DNA of 64,000 nucleotides. It comes from Malacoraja senta (taxonomy: Eukaryota). A model generated the notes under the pieces. It was not told the origin of the DNA and made no database searches. It saw nothing but the letters and a program-made list of their open reading frames with translations. This document shows, piece after piece, positions 24,461 to 36,340 of this stretch (its first letter is position 1; the number at the start of each line of letters is the position of its first letter). The stretch is taken from assembly GCA_038087875.1 (NCBI GenBank), contig CM075989.1, positions 2,790,001 through 2,854,000 of the forward strand. The letters are read 5' to 3'. Position numbers and translations under genes: made by a program.

Positions 24461-25585
24461 CTAGACGAAGTGGGACCCGTTGGGACCCATTCTCACATGG
24501 GAGGCCTGGTCTCCCAACGCAATATTCCACCACTCACGCATAGCCCCCCAACTGCACAGGTGCGACTGACGGGTTCATGTTGTGACGCCCCTGATCTCCC
24601 CTCACCCCCCCCCCCCACTCCGCCCCTTGCCATTCCCCCCCTGGCACACACTCCATCCCCCCCTCAATCCCCCCCCCATCCACTCTTAGCGTCTCTCCGG
24701 CGGCGTAGACATTCCCTCCCATTGGGTTCCCATAGTGACGTAGAAAATGCAGGTATTACTGTGCAGGCGCAGCCGACAGGCACGGCAAGTGGAAAAGGGA
24801 TTCATTAAAGCTTAAAATGTGAATAACTCTTAAAATATAACAACAATTTAAACGTTAAAGAGGAGATTTATTCAGTCCATTATTTCTTGTTGCATCTCTT
24901 GTTGCGTTCTGCAGTCGGAGGAGGGGGGTCGGCTTCAGGCGGAGGCCGTCGGGGGCCAGTGGGGGGAGTGTCCTGCAGCCTGGGGAGGGGGCACGGCTTC
25001 AGGCGGTGGCCAGTGGGGGACTTTCTGGAGGGCTAGTATGGGTGTTGTGGGCCAAAGGGACTGGTTTCCAGAGGGGCTAGTATGGACATTGTGGGCCGAA
25101 TAGATTCTTGGACTCGCAGTTCACTCACTGATGGCTGGTGGATTCACAGTTCACTCACTCACGGCTGGTGGACTCACAGTTCACTCACTCACGGCTGGTG
25201 GACTCACAGTTCACTCATTCATGGCTGGTGGACTCACACTTCATTCACTCATGGCTGGTGGACTCACAGTTCTGGACTCAACTCTCACTCACGGCTTCCG
25301 GGCTGACTGACTCACACCCGGCCTCCGGGGCTTTATTCTCCTTCATGTTATCTTCATGGTGAATGACAGGCGAGAAGACCAATCTGCTGATCTCATGATT
25401 TTTTTAAACTTCATAACTTTTCTAATATTCCACTGATCGGAACAAAACTTGGTGCACTTGGAGCAGAGGAGAAGGGTGAGTAAGGTGGTGAAAAATCCTA
25501 GCAATATAGAGTACCGTTTTTGCGCATGTGTATAAACAACGCAGACCGGAAGTGGTCAAGATGAGAGTTTTAGTAATAGTATAGA
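24461..25585 (-). mobile_element. Non-autonomous Helitron
   Basis: Minus strand reads A|TCTATACTATTAC....CTAG|T with subterminal hairpin GGGACCC-GTT-GGGACCC (one mismatch, 24472-24488); no TSD. Confidence 0.75.
25111..25271. repeat. 30-bp tandem repeat (~5.4 copies) inside the Helitron
   Basis: GACTCACAGTTCACTCACTCACGGCTGGTG units starting at 25111, 25141, 25171, 25201, 25231, 25261. Confidence 0.95.
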
Positions 25586-25875
25586 TAGAAGATGCCATCA
25601 AACAGAAGAACAATAAGAACGAACAATCACTAAAAGTGGAGAGAGAGGCAGATATGATAGAAGGGATAGATATGATAGATAGAAGGGCCGAGATGGCCTG
25701 TTTCCGTGCAGTAATTGTTATATCATAGTGGCACAAGAGGGTTTACGGGCAGATGGATATGCGGGGAATGGAGGGATAAGGATTATGTGCAGGCAGATAA
25801 GAGATGGTCTTGGCATTATGTTCAGCACAGGCACTTTGAGCCGAAGGGCCTGTTCCTGTGCTGTACTGTTCTATG

Positions 25876-27355
25876 CAGTGTTGCAGTGCTATTTTTTTAG
25901 GTGCCAGAGCTGTCAAACAAGGGCGTCATTTCAGATTTTCCTGAGGAGGGTGCAAGCTCGTCTCCCAACAGGGTCAAAGATGATCATAGCCTATCACTAC
26001 ATCCCAGTGTATAACTAGTGTAATAAAACATATAATACTTAATTTAATAATATGACAAAATATTGCACAGTTGCCCTCACTAATGATCATGAAATATAAT
26101 TATCGAGCAAGTAAAGAACAAGATGGTGATCATGTATTTTTACAGAGGTGGCGGCCCGGCACCAACTCGCCCTGACTCTCCTGCAGAGAGCGAGAGAGAG
26201 AGAGAGAGAGAGAGACACACCACACACACACACACACTCACACACACAATCACCCACCCACTCACCCACTCACACACACACACTCACACACACACACACA
26301 CACACTTACACACTCACCCACTCACCCACTCACTCACCCACACACACACTCACACACACACACTCACACACACACACACACTCACACTCACACACACAAT
26401 CACTCACCCACTCACCCACTCACACTCACACACACACACTCACACACACAATCACTCACCCACTCACCCACACCCACACACACTCACACACACACACACT
26501 CACACACACACACACACACAATCACTCACTCCACTCACACACACACACACTCACACACACACACACACACACACTCACACACTCACACACTCACACACAC
26601 AAACTCACACAACCACCCACCCACTCACCCACTCACACCTGCAATGGACCACAACTGTACCAAGGATCACAAGCTTGCCCACCTCCAGACCGGTTCCTCC
26701 ACCGACACTCCTCGACTCGACCGACCCGCCCGCCCGCAGACCCGGAGCTCCACCGCTGGACCGTGGCTCTGCCTACCTGACCACCACGAGGCCGAGATGG
26801 CCACCATGAGGAGCAGCAACAACATCCACCACATCTCCGACATTCAACGCCTTCCTGGCCAAACCCAGGCCCGGACCACCAAAACTGCCACGGTTGCCGA
26901 CTCTCACCGCCTCCCCTTGGCCACCGCCGCTGTTGCTGACCTTCACTGTCTCCCCGGGGCCACCGATGCTGCTGCCGCCAGCCCGTATCTCTACTCCAGC
27001 CCCCCACGGACCTCCAGCAGCGACTCCGCCGACCCTCGCCTCTCCACCGGCCACCAGCGGGCCAGAGCCGTCACCTCACCAGAGTTGCAGGCTCAGCACC
27101 AGGCCCACAACCTCCACAATGCAGACAGCACATGGTCTGACTCTGCTGCGTCCCTATTGCTCCCCACTTCCTACAGGGAACCTCAGTAGTGATAGGTCTT
27201 CCCCTTCCCCCTCTTGAAATCAGGTTACCCCGACCATACACCCGCTAGTCAAAATTCCCCGCTGTTTATATTGGCTTTTTTTTACAGAGGTGCCAGAACG
27301 CCGCTCCTGTGAGCTCCGGTGAGCTCCGGTGAGCTCCGGCAACACTGCACACCAG
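25876..27355. mobile_element. Putative hAT-like non-autonomous element containing a CA-rich tract
   Basis: Left CAGTGTTGCAGTG..TTTTTAGGTGCCAGAGC, right TTTTTACAGAGGTGCCAG..(GAGCTCCGGT)3..CACTGCACACCAG; TIRs imperfect, no matching TSD. Confidence 0.4.
26186..26640. repeat. (GA)n followed by degenerate (CA)n/(CACT)n low-complexity tract
   Basis: Direct reading. Confidence 0.95.
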
Positions 27356-29334
27356 CTTCAATTGCCCCGACTGCGGATGGTTCGACCGCCCCGACCACGG
27401 GAGAATAAAGAGGAAGAAGTTTAGACTTTATTGCCCTGCCATCACAGTGAGGAATGTAGGGAATCCACTGTGGTGGATGTTTATGTGAATTTTTATGTAG
27501 TTTGTGTGGCTTGTTGCTTTTTTTTTGTATGGCTGTATGGTAATTTGAATATCACTGTACCTTAATTGGTACACGTGATAATAAACTGACCTTGAAACTT
27601 GAAACCTTGAACTGCAGATGCTGGTTTAAACCAAAGATTTATTACAAAAAGCTGGAGTAACTCAGCGTGACAGGCAGCATCTCTGGAGAGAAGGAATGGG
27701 GTGACATTTCAGGCCATTCCGTCTCTCCAGAGATGCTGCCTGTCCCACTTAATTACTCCAGTTTTTTGTGTCTATCTCTGTACTGTTCTATGTTTCGAGA
27801 GAGCGAAACAGAGGAAATTAGTTCTGCTGTTCGTAGGAATGAAATATGTTCGATTGCTGGATTTTTGAGTTAAATATTAAGGGCGATCACTCGTAGGTAA
27901 GGGCGACCTTTGTTTAGTTTAGTTCAGAGATACAGCATGGAAAACAGGCGCTTCGGCCCACCGGGTCCGCACCGACCAGCAATCCCCCGCTTGCTAACAC
28001 TATTCTACACACACAAGGGACAATTTACAATTATACCAAGCTGATTAACCTACAAACCTATACGTCTTAGGAATATGGGAGTAAACCTGAGAACCCAGGG
28101 AAAACCCATGAGGTCACTTGGAGAACGTACATAGAAACATAGAAATATAGAAAATAGGTGCAGGAGTAGGCCCTTCGAGTCAACCCTTCGAAGTCAGCAC
28201 CGCCATTCAATAACACCAAGGCTGATCATCCAAAATCAGTACCCCGTTCCTGCTTTCTCACCATATCCCTTGATTCCGTTAGCCTTAAGAGCTATATCTA
28301 ATTACGTGCAGACAGCACCCATAGTCAGGATCGAACCCGGGTCTCTGGCGCTGTAAGACAGCAACTCTACCGCTGCGCCACCATGCTGGCTTAAACAGTG
28401 TTATTTCATGACTCCCCTCGGCCAGGACTAGGGTGAAATAAAGTCAATTGACTCGGACCTACACAGAGCATCGTAGATGTTAGACCAAATTACATTTTTC
28501 TCTGCTGCGGCCTCTTTGTAAAATGAAGTGACTACATTATTAGAGTACGTCGACATGGCAGAGACAAGAGTGAATAAAACACAAGATAGGAAAAACATAT
28601 ATTACGGGAGCCCCCCATCTGTCGGGCATTTGTACCCAGGATGGTCTGTACATCATGATGTACTCCTTTCATGCCCTTATAATATCATACTAGACAATGC
28701 CCTCGACCCAATAAATACCCAAGGGACAGGGCAGAATACAGAGCTCTCCTTAATCAGCTGTTAAAGACCTCCAGGGCAATTCTAACATCAATTAGCCAGT
28801 ACCTTTTTTCACTACACCGCCACCAGAAGTTGCATAATTCTAAGTAAGAAAGGTTACATACTTCTGTTGTAAATCTCATGTCAGCATTGAAATTAATAAG
28901 ATAGCCACGGGGCTACTGAATGATATGATGAACAACAACACTCCACGGCACTATCACACAGATATGTCATTGTTGCCACTAATCCTGCTCCTCTGGTAGA
29001 ATGTAATTGATTATTTTTCATGGTTCCATAGACTAAATGTGATTGTGGGTGTCTCTTGCTTAAAGCTATTACAATAAAGCCACATCATATCAATGCAGTA
29101 ATGTAAGCAGAAGCCTGTGACCAGAGGCTTTGACACATTACAGCCACTGGACCCAGCGACCGTAATGTGAATGAAAATACAAATTATTTCCTAATCACTG
29201 TTGTTCAGTTGTATAGTTGCTTCTTACACGACATTACCATTCCATCATCACGCATTCTTGCAAACAGAAATATTTGCATAAACGCATTCACAATTTCTGA
29301 ATGAATTAGATACAGCGAGAGTCCAAGTCATAAA

Positions 29335-30254
29335 TAGAGCCAGGATTTTGCCATAAATGCCATAAGTGCCTTTTCATGCCTTTTTTGATGCTTTCACCAG
29401 GATAATGCCTTTTTCACCATCGAGTGCCTAAATCAGCCTTTTTTTGCCGTTTTGCTATAAGGTCGTGCTATTTTCTCTAATTGTACCGTGATCACAATGA
29501 CGTTTTCTATGTTAACGCGTTAATATTAATGTTATTATTAACGTGTTAACATAGTATAAATTACAAGAAAACTTCTACCACCGGGGACAAACCGGGGGGC
29601 GCCACCGTCGGTCGTTCATTCGTTCGTGCCGCTGCCTGCTGGTTCAGTCTTCTCCAAAATCTATTTATTGCTTCCAATTTTGCAAACTTCCCGCAAGCCA
29701 TCACTTCCCTTGAGAAACGTGGCGAAACATTAGTGAATAACTTGCAGGTTTTCAACAAAGTAACTGACGATATTCGTAAAGTTCCTGGCGATGTAGGTAA
29801 AGATATACAAGGAAAATGTGAGAGAGTGATTTTAGCTAACAAAGATCTTGAAGTAATACAAAACATCGCTAAAGTTCTCAAAGGTAGTTGTAATGAACAA
29901 GATATCGACATGAATATAGAGTCTGTAGCTTGTTTCGGGTATGCACCAGTGACCTCAGCTGAGGTAGAAAGAAGTTTTTCACAACTGAAGCATATTCCGT
30001 CTGACAGACAGCACAGTTTAACACCTGATAATTTGAAAAATATGCAAGTAATTATGTGCAATCAGGCAACTTTGGTTATTTAATGTAGTAAGCCTTTATA
30101 TTATCATTTTAAACCATATTTTGGTGGTGGAAATACATGCCTTTTAATCTTTTTTTTGTCAATAAATGGCTTTTTTGTGCCTTTTTTGTAATTTTATTAT
30201 GCCTTTTTGCCTGCCTACTTCAGAGTTTTTTAGAGCCTAAACATCCTGGCTCTA
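29335..30254 (+). mobile_element. Internally deleted hAT transposon retaining the transposase C-terminus
   Basis: TIR TAGAGCCAGGAT / ATCCTGGCTCTA; TSD GTCATAAA / GTCATAAG; subterminal TGCCTTTTT repeats. Confidence 0.88.
29733..30083 (+). pseudogene. hAT transposase C-terminal (dimerisation domain) fragment
   Basis: YAPVTSAEVERSFSQLKHIPSDRQHSLTPDNLK matches the hAT P.TS..VERSFS motif. Confidence 0.85.
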
Positions 30255-30566
30255 GTCATAAGTATAAAATGGTCACCTATAAATAGATCAGGAGAGTCCT
30301 ATTTATCCGGAGAATGGTTGGAATGCAGGATTCCCTATCACCTGAAGAAGTAACAACATGACCTCTTCAGCACAGGGCGGGTGGAGCTTCTGCCTCACAG
30401 CGTCAGAGACCCGGGTTCAATCCTGACCTCATGTGCTAACTGTGTGGCATTTGTACATTCTCCCTGTGACCATGTGGCTTTACTCTGGGTGCTCCGGTTT
30501 CCTTCCACATCCCAAAGGACGTGTGGGTTTGCAGGTTAATTGGCCCTCTGTAAATTGCCCTGGTGT

Positions 30567-30708
30567 CTTCTTCTTCTTGCGTATGGCGTGCACAGCCTAA
30601 AGTTGTAGGACAACTTGTTCTATTTGATCTTATTTGATTGTGCACGCTGGGTTGATTGCATTCGTCGAAACAAGGCGGACCACGTGAAGGTTGCAATCTC
30701 CCACCCCA
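30567..30708 (-). mobile_element. 142-bp short retroelement with (AAG)n tail (RTE-type tail)
   Basis: TSD CCCTGGTGT / CCCTAGTGT inside a SINE; second copy at 51458-51509 plus 56183-56220. Confidence 0.7.
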
Positions 30709-33044
30709 CCCTAGTGTGAAAGGAGTGGATGAGAAAGTGGGACAACATAGAAGGAGTGTGAACTAGTTGCATGGCTCGGTGGGCCAAAGGCTCTGTTTCC
30801 ATGCTGTACCTCTAAGCTAAACTAAACTAAAAGGCAAAAGTGCTATTAAATGTATAGGTAGAAAGGAACATGGAGGGAAAAGGAAAATAAGAAAATATAG
30901 AAAGTTTGATGAAGTAAGGTGGGAGGAGGATTGTAGATAATATGCAGACCACTATGATTTCAGTGCTGAAATTTAAAGGAATTTAATTAAAGTTAAAGAG
31001 TTATAGAGTCCCTTCGGTCCATCGGCCCAACTTGCCCGCAACAGCCAACATGTCCCAGCTATAGTACATTTGTTCTATATCTCCGTACATCATCATCTAT
31101 ATCGTTCCTTTTCCTGTGACTTTCAGTCCAAAGAATGGTCTCGACCTGAAACTTCACCCATTCCTTCTCTCCAGAGATGCCGCCTGTCCCGCTGAGTTAC
31201 TCCAGCATTTTGTGTCTATCTTCGGTTTAAACCAGCATCAGCCGTTTAGTTTATTTAGTTTAGTTTAGTGATACAGCACAGAAATAGGCCCTTCGGCCCA
31301 TCGGGTCCGCGCTGACCAGCGATCCCCGCATATTAACACCATCCTACACCCACTAGGGACAATTTATACATTTACCAAGCCAATTAACCTGCAAACCTGT
31401 ACGTCTTTGGAGTGTGGGAGGAAACCAAAGATCTCGGAGAAAACCCACGCAGGTCACGGGGAGAACGTACAAACTCCGTACAGACAGCACCCGTAGTCGG
31501 GATCGAACCCGGGTCTCCGGCGCTGCATTCGCTGTAAGGCAGCAACTCTACCGCTACGCCACCGTGACTGCTCTAAGTTCCTTCCTACAGTAGCTGCGTT
31601 CGGTCCATATCCCTCCAAACCTGTCCTATCCTTGTACCTGTCTAACTGTTTCTTAAACATTGGGATGGCCCCTGCATCAACTACCTCCTCTGGCAGCTCG
31701 TTCCATACACCCACCACCCTTTGCGTGAAAAAGTCACCCCTCAACTTCCTATTCAATCTTGTCCCCTTCTCTAAAACCTATGTCCTCCGGTCCACGATTC
31801 ACCTCCCTGAGTGTTTCAGGAATTATTTCTGGGATGTTGACAATCATGAAAATTTAGTAAGGTGTCAATTGGAGCTCGCTTGCAATCTCCCCTCCCAGAA
31901 GTGACCACTGACGAGATTCATTTTCCTTCCTGGGCCACTTTCTCTGGCTTTTTTGACGAACATTACATTCATAAATCTCACTTCAGGTAATACCTTCAGA
32001 CCCGACTGCAATACAACATCAGGATATCGCTGTTGGATTAAATGTCAAGCACCAGAGCATAAAGTATCTGAATAATTCAAGCTACAGCCTGTGTTTAGAG
32101 TGACCTCATTAGTAACCCAGAAGTGAGAGAGACGCATTTGAAAAAACCACCGCTCTGCCACCAAGGAATAAAAATATAGAAAGGCAACATTAGAGCATTA
32201 AAGTTGCATTAACATAAAGTACAGCCAGCGAACCTCTGGCATCCACACGCCCGCAATGCTCCGTAGCTAATTGAGCTCATTCCACCGGTTGAGAAAATGA
32301 ACAAAGCAAGTGGTCAAATGATTGTACAGCTGACAGGCCACCAACAAAGCAATTTTCAGAGATTGGGCTTCGCAATTGCTGCCGCCTTGGTGCATTAATC
32401 TACACTAAAAGGCATCCCTGCAATATTATATTTCTGACATTTCTTCAAAGATCCATTGGATAATATTTGAGTGGAAGATTAAATGGATGGGAAAGTCTGT
32501 TAATTGGTATAATTCACGTTGTGAACAGAGCACTCGAGGTGAGGCAGGATTGAAGAGAGTGGAGTTTGCACATGGGTTGTGAGAAGAGATTAAATGGTTG
32601 GATAATTATTGCGTGGGTTGGGGGAAAGGAAACAGGCGGGACGCTGCTGTCTAAATATCTGATCCAGGGTGGCGCAGCGGGGGAGGTGCTGCCACACACC
32701 CGGGTTCGATCTTGACTATGGGTGCTGTCTGTGCAGAGTTTGTACGTTCCCCCCATGACCACGTGGGTTTTCTCCGAGATCTTCGGTTTCCTCCCGCACT
32801 CCCAAGACGTACAGGTGTGTCGGTTAATTGGCTTGGTATAAATGTAAATTGTCCCTAGTGTGTGTAGGGCAGTGTTAATGTGCGTGGATCACTGGTCGGT
32901 GTGGACTCGGTGGGCCGAAGGGCCTGTTTCTGCGCTGTATCTCTTAACTAAACTAAACCTGCTTTGGTTTTTTATGTGTAAATCTCACATGAGTAAATCA
33001 AATATAACAGTCCCTATTACTGGACTGCATTTCCGATTGGACTC

Positions 33045-33148
33045 ATAGATCATAGATCATAGAACTTAGATCATAGATCATAGATCATAGATCATAGAAC
33101 ATAGATCATAGAACATAGATCATAGATCATAGAACAGTACAGCACAAG
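33045..33148 (-). mobile_element. CR1 3' tail with (CATAGAT)n microsatellite; continues at 37918-38620 beyond the DIRS insertion
   Basis: ACAGCACAAG-AAT-GGGCCCTTTGGCCCAC is restored when the DIRS element is removed. Confidence 0.85.
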
Positions 33149-33378
33149 AATAGTAAGATTAAACGAGAACTTACCAGTTTGAAGTTTGATCTTTATTTTA
33201 TGAGGAGTTACGTTGGTGATTACGTGAAGAAGACCCGTCAGGGCGCATGCGCGTCAATCTTCAAAGCAGCGGTATGAAATCACAGACAACACAATAATTG
33301 AAGTAACATATTAAGATGATCAACATGAGAACTACCATTATGACCTTTTTTCTATGAGAGAGGGTTGGGCGTGGCGGG

Positions 33379-33490
33379 CACGTAATCACCAACGTAACTC
33401 CTCATAAAATAAAGATCAAACTTCAAACTGGTAAGTTCTCATTTAATCTTACTATTTTACTTCGGAGTCACGTGAGTGACTACGTGAAGA
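33379..33490. repeat. DIRS internal complementary region (ICR)
   Basis: 33379-33456 is the reverse complement of ~33149-33226; 33454-33490 is the reverse complement of ~37881-37917. Confidence 0.92.
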
Positions 33491-33724
33491 TTTTAAAGCT
33501 CTGTGATTTTTATGCCGCAGATCAAAATCCCGTCTTCTCACTGCATCGATTGACTCTGAGTATCATCAATAATGCTGTAAACATGACATTGCATATCATG
33601 CAAAAACAAAACAGTTTTATTTTAGGTCATAAAACAACCAATAAACCCTCTTAATGTAGGGGCAACAAACGAAACAGAATTAAACAGTATTGAAAACAGA
33701 CTTTAAACAATAGCAACAGCACTC

Positions 33725-34650
33725 AATATTGAGTTGGCAAACAGCCCTCCATCGGCAATCGGCCGATGGTAGTATTGCTGAAACACAAGTTCATTTTTCC
33801 AACCTGCGGCTTTTAATATATGGTCGCGGATGTTGCTACTGCGCTAGTGGAATGAGATGTAAACACATAAATGTTAATTCCTGCCTGAACCAACTCTTGC
33901 TTTAACCACCTTGAGATAGTCTGAACTGCCACTCTTTTATGTTGGCTTCTTGTAACTGACAAATAATCCTGTTTCTTCTTGTCTTAAAGCCCTTCTGGCT
34001 TCAATGTAATGTAAGAAATGTGTCCTTACACATAAACATGGAGCTGTAGGATATGCTGAGAACACAATCTTAAATCCTGTCACACCTGGCCTGCTTTGTT
34101 TGAGCAGGTCAGAAATATAAAACAGAACATTCTCTGTATTCACTTCCATTCTCTCGAACTGAAGTTTTTGCAAAGTCTGCACTCTCTGTACTGACACCAA
34201 TGCCATTAGCATAGCCAATTCAGCAAAGTTATAGACGTGACAGGGACCCAATGACGAAGCATGTTAAGAACAACGCTTACATCGCAGATTACCATATACG
34301 TAGGCTTAGGCGTTTTGGAATTAAAGATTCCTTTCATCAACCTAGATATGAGAGGGTGAGATCCTATACTTTGTGTCCGTGTACCTATTACAAGATATGC
34401 TGACAAAGCACTTCTAGCTGTATTGATAGCACTGTAGCTATGACCCTCATCATAATAAAGTGTAGATAAAACTCTAACACATTTTCAATAACTACAGTAT
34501 CATATTGAATATTCTTTTGAACACAATATTGTTCCCATTTTTTTTTTTTTTTTCCATGTCATATACTGTTTTTGAGTACTCTTTCTCCAGGCTGCAGTGA
34601 GTATATCCACCGTTGGACTAGAAAGTCCTCGACCAATGTAAGGCATTCTT
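33725..34650 (-). pseudogene. DIRS tyrosine recombinase (frameshifted)
   Basis: GHSYSAINTARSALSAY..GSHPLISRLMKGIFN..LMALVSVQRVQTL..LLKQSRPG..LFVSYKKP..ISRWLK..AAGW..FQQYY. Confidence 0.88.
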
Positions 34651-34769
34651 AAAACCTGCAAATTAACAGATCCATACGATCACATAACGGATGAACTTAA
34701 TGCGTTACTGGATGCTCCAGCAAATTCCTACTGTTTGGAATCAGCAAAAAGAGGTTGGATCGCTATCTG

Positions 34770-34975
34770 TAACATCAAAGGGAACCATGGTTGAATCAGG
34801 CAATTTGGTATCACCAAAACCCCTGAAGCGGCATCCTGCTTGATTTTCTCAAACACCGACCTATGAGGCAGAATGATGGGAAAATGTACACAAACATATC
34901 ATCCCAATTTAGTGAAAAAGCATCAATTGCCACTGCCCCTGGATCTGGTGCCTATGAAACATATTTTGGCCTTCC
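34770..34975 (-). pseudogene. DIRS N6-adenine methyltransferase-like domain remnant
   Basis: PKYVS*APDPGAVAIDAFSLNWDDMFVYIFPSFCLIG..VLVIP..QPWFP read on the minus strand. Confidence 0.7.
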
Positions 34976-34999
34976 ATATAGAAGTACTATGTTCTTGAA

Positions 35000-36340
35000 C
35001 ACATCCTGGTTCCACATCCACTCTGTGTTATGACGGAATTTTCGTGAGCTGCCATCTGGTACTACATTAAGTTTCCCTGGCAGATAGATAGCTCCAATCC
35101 AAATCTCTCTATCCCTACTCCAGGTCCAATTGTATTTGCCAACCTGTCACATGATAACGATTTGATTCCACCCATGTGATTTATATCAGCAACTGCTGTA
35201 GTGTTGTCTATTTTGCACTGCACATGCAAACTAGTTTAGTTAGTGCCATAAGCCTTGAGTCCATAAAATATTCTTGGTTAATTCCCCATGTTTGCAGAAG
35301 CAATGTTCATCTGTCTCCACAGCTGGATCTTGTATCAGTAGCACCCTACCCAAGTGCTCTGACATCTGTCTGCAAATCATGGAAGCTTGGTCCAATAACA
35401 CTTTGGAACTACTAGTGGACACATGCTGAATCCACCATTGTACTTCAGCAACAGCCTCTATTGATAGAAGCATAGGTCTATTATAATGACCCCAATGTAT
35501 CCTCAATGCTTGTTCCTTTGACCTTCGTAATTGTAGCTAATAAAGTGGCCATATTGAACTGCTGGAAATGCTGCCAGCCATTACCACAGCAGACTTGTCA
35601 CCTGGCTAATTGAAGGCTGTGTGTCAGCAATTAACTTGATACAGCTCTTAATTAGCTCTACCCTTTTTTGCCTGGGCAAGGTCACAATGATGTTGATTAA
35701 GTCTATTGTGAGCCCAACTAGTCAATTTGTGTCACAGGTATAACTTTAGATTTCTCTGGATAGCTTATGAAGCCCAATTAAAAAATGTTTTTTACCAACT
35801 GCTACGGATGCTTCAGCTGTTTCCTTTGATTGTCCTACAATCAAGATATTATCTAGTTAAGCCATGAGCACATGCCCTCGACTTCTCATCATGCCTAGAA
35901 TAGGTTTTAACAACTTTGTAATCCCTCTAGGAGCTGAAGACAAACTATCAGGCAGTGCATTGTATTGCAATAATTGCCCCATCCAGCTGAATTTTAAATC
36001 TTCTATCCAGCAAATGAACAGACACTGAATCCGTTTCTTTAAGACCTCCTTCACAAACATTTCCATCTTAAAATGTCTATACCCTATAAAAGGGTTAAGA
36101 CTATTCAGGTCCTGTATAATTCTGTATCCCCCATTCTTGCTTGGTCTGGGAAAGTTATTGGACACAAACTGATGACTTTGGTAAACTGCCTTAGCAATTA
36201 CACCTTTATTACATAAGCTTGCAAGTTCCAACTGAACTTCCAATTGTTCAGTGATACTGAAGTCAAACTCCTTTTTGGAACATGTTGCATGGGTAAATCA
36301 GAATTTGCATTAACCTTTGTTCGATATCCTTCTATAACCT
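35000..36340 (-). pseudogene. DIRS reverse transcriptase / RNase H (disrupted)
   Basis: PSKNGGYRIIQDLNSLNPFIGYRHFKME..LPDSLSSAPRGITKLLKP..A*LDNILI; downstream EVQWW and RNase H remnants. Confidence 0.88.

Noticed and set aside
25111..25271. CRISPR-like 30-bp repeats
   Set aside because: Head-to-tail units without spacers, in a eukaryotic context.
26123..27217. His/Thr-rich and Pro-rich ORFs
   Set aside because: Translations of CA-rich low-complexity and GC-rich element interior; no domain recognisable.
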